Source of the DNA: Nanobdellota archaeon
GTDB lineage: Archaea > Nanobdellota > Nanobdellia > Parvarchaeales > Parvarchaeaceae
Reading direction: 5' to 3'
NCBI GenBank assembly: GCA_021850635.1
Contig: JAJZLM010000003.1
Location: 1 to 41,633 of the forward strand
Length of the DNA: 41,633 bases
The position numbers and the translations under genes were made by a program. The stretch's first letter is position 1. Every line of letters starts with the position of its first letter. The notes beneath the pieces were generated by a model. The model ran no database searches and had not been told where the DNA came from. It saw nothing but the letters and a program-made list of their open reading frames with translations. Positions 36,269 through 41,633 of this stretch are shown one piece after another.

Positions 36269-37451
36269 AAATATAATTATAGACATAATAGGCAGCTTTG
36301 CAGACGGTAAGACTACGCTTGTCAGAGCACTGACCAGTGAATCAACGCTAAGACACAGCGAAGAGAAAAAAAGAGGCATAACGATAAGATTAGGGTACGC
36401 TCATTTTATCCTGTATAAGTGCACGGAGTGTTCGGCTTTCAGTAGACATGAAAAATGCGAATTGTGCGGCGGCAAGGCGGAGATGTTCTACAGGGTCTCT
36501 ATCATAGATTCGCCAGGCCACAAGACCCTGATGACCATAATGTTGAGCGGAGCGCCATTAACAAGCGGAGCTGTGCTGGTAGTGGCTGCCAACCAAACAT
36601 GTCCGCAGCCACAAACAGAAGAGCACTTAGAAACGATAAAAATAATGGGCATAAAGAATCTAGTTGTAGCCCAGACAAAAGTAGATATAGTGGGAGCGGA
36701 GAGAGCGAAGAAGAGCAAGGAAGAGATACAGGCGTTCCTGGCGAAAAATGGTTTTGGAGGCACGAAAATAATACCAGTTTTGTCTATACATGATATCAAT
36801 ATAACGGAGTTGATACAGGAGATTGGAAAGTTTTCTCCGATCGAATACGATAGCGGAAAACCGAAGATGCTGGTTGTAAGAAGCTTCGACGTTAATAGAC
36901 CAGGTACCGACATAAGCAGTCTTAATGGAGGAGTATTAGGGGGCGGACTAGTGTCCGGACAGCTTTCGACCAGCGATAAAATAAGAATATACCCTGGAGT
37001 CCTCATAAATGACACTTGGAAACCAATAGATACAGAGGTCGCTGAGATACAAAGCGAGTTTGGGAAGGAGGAAAAAGCAGTGTCAGGACTTATGATAGGA
37101 GTAAAAACCAAGATAGATCCGTCGTTTGCTAGGAGAGACAGCCTAGCTGGAAGTCTGATAGTGTCTAGGGACAACCCGCCCGAATTCAAAGATAGGATAA
37201 GTATAACCTATCTACCGCTTGCAGAAAAGGAAAAAAACATATTCAAAAAACCCATCCAGAAGAATGAAACTGTTCTATTAAACATACTATCATCTAAGAT
37301 CTTGGGTACCGTGATATCAACACAGAACAATAAGATCACAATAATATTTAACAACTCACTGTTACCTTATTACATAGGCGACAAAGCCATAATCTCTAGA
37401 AAAGTAGACAATGTATGGGTCCTGGCTGGTTCCGGGACTGTGTATGCTTAA
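36261..37451 (+). CDS. eif2g: Translation initiation factor aIF2 gamma
   Basis: HSEEKKRGITIRLGYA, Zn knuckle, DSPGH, PQPQTEEH, RSFDVNRPG; rps6e-eif2g-PIN synteny. Confidence 0.93.
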   Translation: MVKNIIIDIIGSFADGKTTLVRALTSESTLRHSEEKKRGITIRLGYAHFILYKCTECSAFSRHEKCELCGGKAEMFYRVSIIDSPGHKTLMTIMLSGAPLTSGAVLVVAANQTCPQPQTEEHLETIKIMGIKNLVVAQTKVDIVGAERAKKSKEEIQAFLAKNGFGGTKIIPVLSIHDINITELIQEIGKFSPIEYDSGKPKMLVVRSFDVNRPGTDISSLNGGVLGGGLVSGQLSTSDKIRIYPGVLINDTWKPIDTEVAEIQSEFGKEEKAVSGLMIGVKTKIDPSFARRDSLAGSLIVSRDNPPEFKDRISITYLPLAEKEKNIFKKPIQKNETVLLNILSSKILGTVISTQNNKITIIFNNSLLPYYIGDKAIISRKVDNVWVLAGSGTVYA

Positions 37452-37815
37452 GATACTGATAGACACCAACGCGATGATATACGCTTTTGATGGCAAGAAG
37501 GACATAAACTCGATATTCAGCAGAGAAGTTAGGGATTCGTTTAGGTTCTACTCCTTGGATGCATGCATGAGAGAATTGGAGGGATTAGGCAGAAAAGACG
37601 TTATTAGATGGGCTAAAGAAAATAAGATAGAAATGATAAATACAGCCAGCAGTGGGAAGACAGACGATAAAATAATCGATGAGGCTGTATTAGCCGGTTT
37701 TACAGTGCTCACGGCGGATGCGGAGCTCATAAGACGAGCCGACGCGAGAAAAGTTAGCACAGTTAAGGTGTCTGGGAACCACCTAGTTTTCTCTAAAGAG
37801 ACAAGGAAACTTTAA
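37444..37815 (+). CDS. PIN-domain protein (Fcf1/Utp24-like)
   Basis: ILIDTN, REL, TDD, LTADAEL; conserved position after eif2g. Confidence 0.85.
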   Translation: MLKILIDTNAMIYAFDGKKDINSIFSREVRDSFRFYSLDACMRELEGLGRKDVIRWAKENKIEMINTASSGKTDDKIIDEAVLAGFTVLTADAELIRRADARKVSTVKVSGNHLVFSKETRKL

Positions 37816-37841
37816 ATATACGGATATAGAACAATAGCCGT

Positions 37842-38111
37842 ATGGATAGCGATATTGTTTTTATAGGGAAGAAGCCGCTGATGACGTACGTACTCGCCGT
37901 ATTGACGCACGTCAATTCCGGGCACGATTTAGTCAAGCTCAAAGCGAGGGGAGTCATGATATCGAAAGCGGTTGACGTGTCCCAAGTCATAAAAAGGAAA
38001 TTCTCCAAGGATCTAAACATCGGAAGAATAGACATAGGCACCGAGGAGATAACCTCGGACGACGGTAAAAAAAGGAACGTTTCCTTTATATCTATAGAAA
38101 TGAAAAGGTGA
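37842..38111 (+). CDS. albA: Alba DNA/RNA-binding protein
   Basis: FIGKKPLMTYVLA, KARG..ISKAVDV, IGTE, NVS.I.I. Confidence 0.95.
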   Translation: MDSDIVFIGKKPLMTYVLAVLTHVNSGHDLVKLKARGVMISKAVDVSQVIKRKFSKDLNIGRIDIGTEEITSDDGKKRNVSFISIEMKR

Positions 38112-38114
38112 GAT

Positions 38115-38762
38115 ATGATAAATGAAAATGATTTTGTATTGATAGATTTTGTCGGAAGAATAAAATCATCCGGTAAGATATTCGACTTAACCAAGAAAGA
38201 AGTCGCAGAGAAGGAAGGTATAAACAACAAGGAATTAAATTTCTCGCCGGTGCTGGTGATACCAGCTTCCAACTACGTCTTGAAGGCAGTCGCTTCATCC
38301 CTCTTAGGAAAGGAGATAGGCGATAAATACACGCTGGAAGTCAAATCAGAGGATGCTTTCGGCAAGTTCGATCCAAAACTAGTCAAAACCATAGGATTGA
38401 GCATATTCAGGCAGAACGGAGTGAACCCTTCAGTCGGAGACGTAGTGATGCTGGATAATACACTGGCTACTGTGCTATCCGTAAGCGGTGGCAGAGTAAT
38501 GGTAAGCTTCAATAATCCTCTAGCTGGAAAGGACCTAGTGTACGAGATAGATATCGTCAAGAAATTAGAGGACACAAAGGAAAAATGCGCCGCAATATTC
38601 GAGCATTACGTCGGAAAGCAGCCGGATTCAACCGACATAGGTGACAATGCCGTAAAAATGTCGTATAAAGAAGAGATAAAGCCGTATACGAAAGACGCCA
38701 TAAGTTCAGACATCAAAAAATACATCGGCGGAGACCTCAAGGTAGAGATATCGAGCTCTTGA
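38115..38762 (+). CDS. Long-type archaeal FKBP peptidyl-prolyl isomerase (SlyD-like)
   Basis: [34 protein letters not shown]. Confidence 0.9.
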   Translation: MINENDFVLIDFVGRIKSSGKIFDLTKKEVAEKEGINNKELNFSPVLVIPASNYVLKAVASSLLGKEIGDKYTLEVKSEDAFGKFDPKLVKTIGLSIFRQNGVNPSVGDVVMLDNTLATVLSVSGGRVMVSFNNPLAGKDLVYEIDIVKKLEDTKEKCAAIFEHYVGKQPDSTDIGDNAVKMSYKEEIKPYTKDAISSDIKKYIGGDLKVEISSS

Positions 38763-38836
38763 GGATACGTTTTTGAACGTGTCTTGCAAGCGCACCTTTA
38801 TATATTACCAAATACAGAAATAAAATATCTAAAAGT

Positions 38837-39958
38837 ATGGAGATGGATTCAAACATATCCTCACAAGGGATAAAAGCGCCGAAATTCGATGAGAGCAAGA
38901 CGAAAGAATTTGACAAAGCGCTCGAAGAGCTGATAACTTCTAGAAGGACCAGCATAAAAGTCGTCGGTGTCGGCGGTTCTGGAAACAATACTATAAACAG
39001 AATGTTCGAAGTAGGCATAAAGGGCGCGGAGTTGATAGCTGTAAACACGGATGCTGCAGACCTTCTGTGTACGCCTGCGGATAAAAAGATACTGATAGGC
39101 AAGGAATTGACTAATGGATTAGGCGCGGGCGCCGATCCTCTCGTCGGAGAAGCAGCTGCAAAAGAACAAGAGCAAGAGATAAAGGAAGCGCTGCAGGGCG
39201 CTGACATGGTTTTTATATGCTGCGGTATGGGAGGAGGTACAGGAACCGGAGCTGCTCCAGTCGTAGCTCAAGTCGCCAAAAAACTGAACGCTTTGACGAT
39301 AGCCGTGGTCACGTTGCCTTTCAAGGCTGAAGGAAAAAGAAGGATGAATTCTGCTATGGGCGGAGTGGAAAAACTAAAGTCAGCTGTAGATACATTGATA
39401 ACGGTCCCTAACGAGAAACTTTTGGCTATAGCGCCTGGGTTGCCGGTAGCGATCGCGCTAAAGATAGCAGACGACGTACTCACAAACGCCGTGAAAGGAA
39501 TAACGGAACTGATAACTAAACCTGGCCTTATAAATGTGGATTTCGCGGACGTGAAGCGCATAATGTCCAATGGAGGAGTTGCGTTGATAGGCACGGGAGA
39601 GAGCGATGCAAAGGACAAAAAGCTTGAATCAGTTGTGGAAAAAGTATTGAACAATCCTCTTATAGACGTGGACACATCCACTGCTAAAGGCATGTTGATA
39701 GACGTAAGCGGAGGACCTTCGATGACTCTAGATGAAGCCAATAAGATAGTTGATCTAGTGAACCAAAAGCTGCCTGAAGAGATAAACATAATATGGGGCG
39801 CACATATCTTCCCAGATCTAAAGAACACTATAAAAGTACTTGCTATAATAACGGGAGTGAGCTCTAAACAGATAAGCGGAAAATCCATCTATGAAGAGAA
39901 AGAGCGCATGGAACGCAAGGAAGTAGAAGAGGAACTGGGCATAACATTCTTGAGCTGA
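38837..39958 (+). CDS. ftsZ: Cell division protein FtsZ
   Basis: [24 protein letters not shown]. Confidence 0.98.
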   Translation: MEMDSNISSQGIKAPKFDESKTKEFDKALEELITSRRTSIKVVGVGGSGNNTINRMFEVGIKGAELIAVNTDAADLLCTPADKKILIGKELTNGLGAGADPLVGEAAAKEQEQEIKEALQGADMVFICCGMGGGTGTGAAPVVAQVAKKLNALTIAVVTLPFKAEGKRRMNSAMGGVEKLKSAVDTLITVPNEKLLAIAPGLPVAIALKIADDVLTNAVKGITELITKPGLINVDFADVKRIMSNGGVALIGTGESDAKDKKLESVVEKVLNNPLIDVDTSTAKGMLIDVSGGPSMTLDEANKIVDLVNQKLPEEINIIWGAHIFPDLKNTIKVLAIITGVSSKQISGKSIYEEKERMERKEVEEELGITFLS

Positions 39959-39970
39959 AGCCCTTACATT

Positions 39971-40381
39971 ATGGACGAGAAGAAAAGCTTAGCCGATGCA
40001 AACATTGGTAGGGAAGAAAACGCTCCAACAGCATCGGAACAACCGAAAGAGAATAAGGTACAGCAGCCCGTCAACGCAGAAAACCAGGCGCAGAAACAGG
40101 CAGAACAGCCAGCAAAGGAGCACGTTAAACACGAGGAGCCGTTTAAAAGGGAGCGTAGAAGACTGCATCTCACAAGAACATTATCTAAAGTCAAGCTTCT
40201 TCATCCGCTGAACATAAAACGAAAAGTAAGCCATTATATAGTCGAATATAGCAGGGTCTTGCACCTCGCAAGAAAGCCTACGAAGACAGAATATAAGGAA
40301 CTCGCTATAATGGTCATAGTGGGCACCTCTATAATAGGAGTGATAGGCTTCATAGTACAGATGATAATACAGTTCATTTAA
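39971..40381 (+). CDS. secE: SecE/Sec61-gamma with long N-terminal extension
   Basis: EYSRVLHLARKPTKTEY followed by a single TM; ftsZ-secE synteny. Confidence 0.88.
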   Translation: MDEKKSLADANIGREENAPTASEQPKENKVQQPVNAENQAQKQAEQPAKEHVKHEEPFKRERRRLHLTRTLSKVKLLHPLNIKRKVSHYIVEYSRVLHLARKPTKTEYKELAIMVIVGTSIIGVIGFIVQMIIQFI

Positions 40382-40430
40382 GCGACTCGCTTGAAATAAC
40401 TTTATAAACACCGAAGTGCTGGATGTACAA

Positions 40431-41306
40431 ATGTCATCTAATTATTATTGGATAATCGCGATTGTATCGATGATTTCTTTTACCCTTATAAACGTACTGT
40501 CGAAGATATCCTTCAATAAAAACGGTGAAATGCTGTCATACAAGTCTTTTCTACCAGTATACCTTGCGTTCTCAGCGATAGTCGTAGTCATAATAGCTTT
40601 TATAATGGTAGGCAACGTATACCTGCCTGTATACGCTACCGGATACGCTGCGCTTATGGGAGGGATGTACTGCTTTGCAGCGTACATAGCTTTTTTCAGC
40701 CTTGAGAACGAGAAGGTCGGGTCTATAACCATAATAGAGGATTCTCAGTTCGTAATATTATCTTTCTTATCTGCCGTGCTTTTTGTACAGTCCCTCATCG
40801 TAAAAGACGCTCTTCCATCGGTGCTTACTTTGGCAGGGGTCGTCTTAATCACGTTGAATGGCAAAGGGTTCAGAAAATTGTCCAGGTTCGCATTATTTGC
40901 ATTCGGAGCCGCGGTCACGTGGGTGATCATGTGGCTTGTGTTCTTTTCTACCGACCCAGTAGGAGTGTCGCCATTAGTATACTACGCGTGGGTCGCTGTG
41001 TTTACTGCGGCGGTATCCGTCCCATTTACGTTCATGATCGGCATGAAAAAAGAGGAATTTCACAGATTCAAATCGAGAAGCCTGCTGTCGTATGTATTTT
41101 TAGCTGCTCTTTTCAATGGACTGGGCACCATACTATTCTCCCTTGCGTATAAACTAAACGCGGTATATTCTCCCATAATAGTACAGATTTCGGTCCCTCT
41201 GGTAATAATAATATCCTTTATAGTCTTTAAGGAGAAGCTTAGCATCAAGCAGTTGACCGGTGCTGCAGCCATAGTAGCGTCGGTGTTCATCCTAATATTC
41301 TTATGA
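40431..41306 (+). CDS. EamA/DMT-family transporter
   Basis: About 10 TM in two repeats; IVFKEKLSIKQLTG motif. Confidence 0.85.
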   Translation: MSSNYYWIIAIVSMISFTLINVLSKISFNKNGEMLSYKSFLPVYLAFSAIVVVIIAFIMVGNVYLPVYATGYAALMGGMYCFAAYIAFFSLENEKVGSITIIEDSQFVILSFLSAVLFVQSLIVKDALPSVLTLAGVVLITLNGKGFRKLSRFALFAFGAAVTWVIMWLVFFSTDPVGVSPLVYYAWVAVFTAAVSVPFTFMIGMKKEEFHRFKSRSLLSYVFLAALFNGLGTILFSLAYKLNAVYSPIIVQISVPLVIIISFIVFKEKLSIKQLTGAAAIVASVFILIFL

Positions 41307-41349
41307 CTTGCCGCAAAGCTTATAATAAACCTAAAGCATAACGGTTTAT

Positions 41350-41633
41350 CAAATGTGAGCGGGAAAACCCACACTCTTTAGAGGTGGGATGAAAGCGAAC
41401 TCAAAAATGGAAAACATAAATAACAGAAGAGGTAAAATAACAATATGCTGACGGCATACAAATTCAGGTTGTACCCAAATGAAAAACAGCAGAGCCTCTT
41501 CTCGAAATACTTCGGCTGCAGCAGGGTAGTGTGGAACAAAGCGTTAGAGTTAAAGGAAGAGTATTACAAAGAGCACAAGGACGACAAGACAAAGAAGGGA
41601 TTGAACTACTATGATACCGCAAGATTTTTAAGG
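41350..41633 (+). mobile_element. IS200/IS605-family (IS1341-like) element, left end; continues past window
   Basis: TTAT target, AAAA guide, imperfect hairpin CCCACACTCTTTAGAGGTGGG, then tnpB; no room for tnpA upstream of tnpB. Confidence 0.88.
41445..41633 (+). CDS. tnpB: TnpB RNA-guided endonuclease (N-terminus, truncated by window)
   Basis: MLTAYKFRLYPNEKQQSLFSKYFGCSRVVWNKAL, the HTH_OrfB_IS605 pattern. Confidence 0.92.
   Translation, partial: MLTAYKFRLYPNEKQQSLFSKYFGCSRVVWNKALELKEEYYKEHKDDKTKKGLNYYDTARFLR

Noticed and set aside
36488-39888. Long antisense ORFs (36488-37189, 39268-39888, also 13634-14146 and others)
   Set aside because: Shadow frames of conserved genes, rich in S/F/L/I, with no independent features.
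24239-41389. The 40-49 bp repeat as a CRISPR repeat
   Set aside because: Copies are dispersed and in mixed orientation, with no spacers or cas genes; explained by IS ends.

Overview
Gene-dense, AT-rich archaeal chromosome segment. It most resembles a streamlined DPANN acidophile such as Parvarchaeota (inference from divergent core proteins, split rpoB/rpoA, a split dph2, a tRNA overlapping a CDS and a P3A H+-ATPase). Content is mostly housekeeping: rps8e, a Dcd/dUTPase-family gene, a small eL41 (eS32) gene missing from the ORF track, mre11-rad50, rnhB, nth, the rpoH-B''-B'-A'-A''-rpl30e-nusA-rps12-rps7 operon, pheST, MBF1, sepF, RPA-like, PCNA, AlkA, rps6e-aIF2gamma-PIN, alba, FKBP and ftsZ-secE. 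There are four tRNAs (three Leu, one Gly), three with 37/38 introns. An IS200/IS605 (IS1341-like) tnpB element starts at the right edge. Most notable: (1) two identical 49-bp single-hairpin derivatives of that IS, each left end fused to an apparent right end and preceded by the same TTAT target; (2) one copy swaps a host TAA stop for its own TGA without changing the protein; (3) the other sits inside a candidate 5S-rRNA-like three-way-junction RNA; (4) Dph2 is split into two genes 26 kb apart, dividing its Fe-S cysteines; (5) a candidate two-hairpin sRNA; (6) substitutions in normally invariant motifs of aIF2gamma, RNAP, uS12, Mre11 and Dcd. All calls come from reading the sequence by eye; no searches were run.
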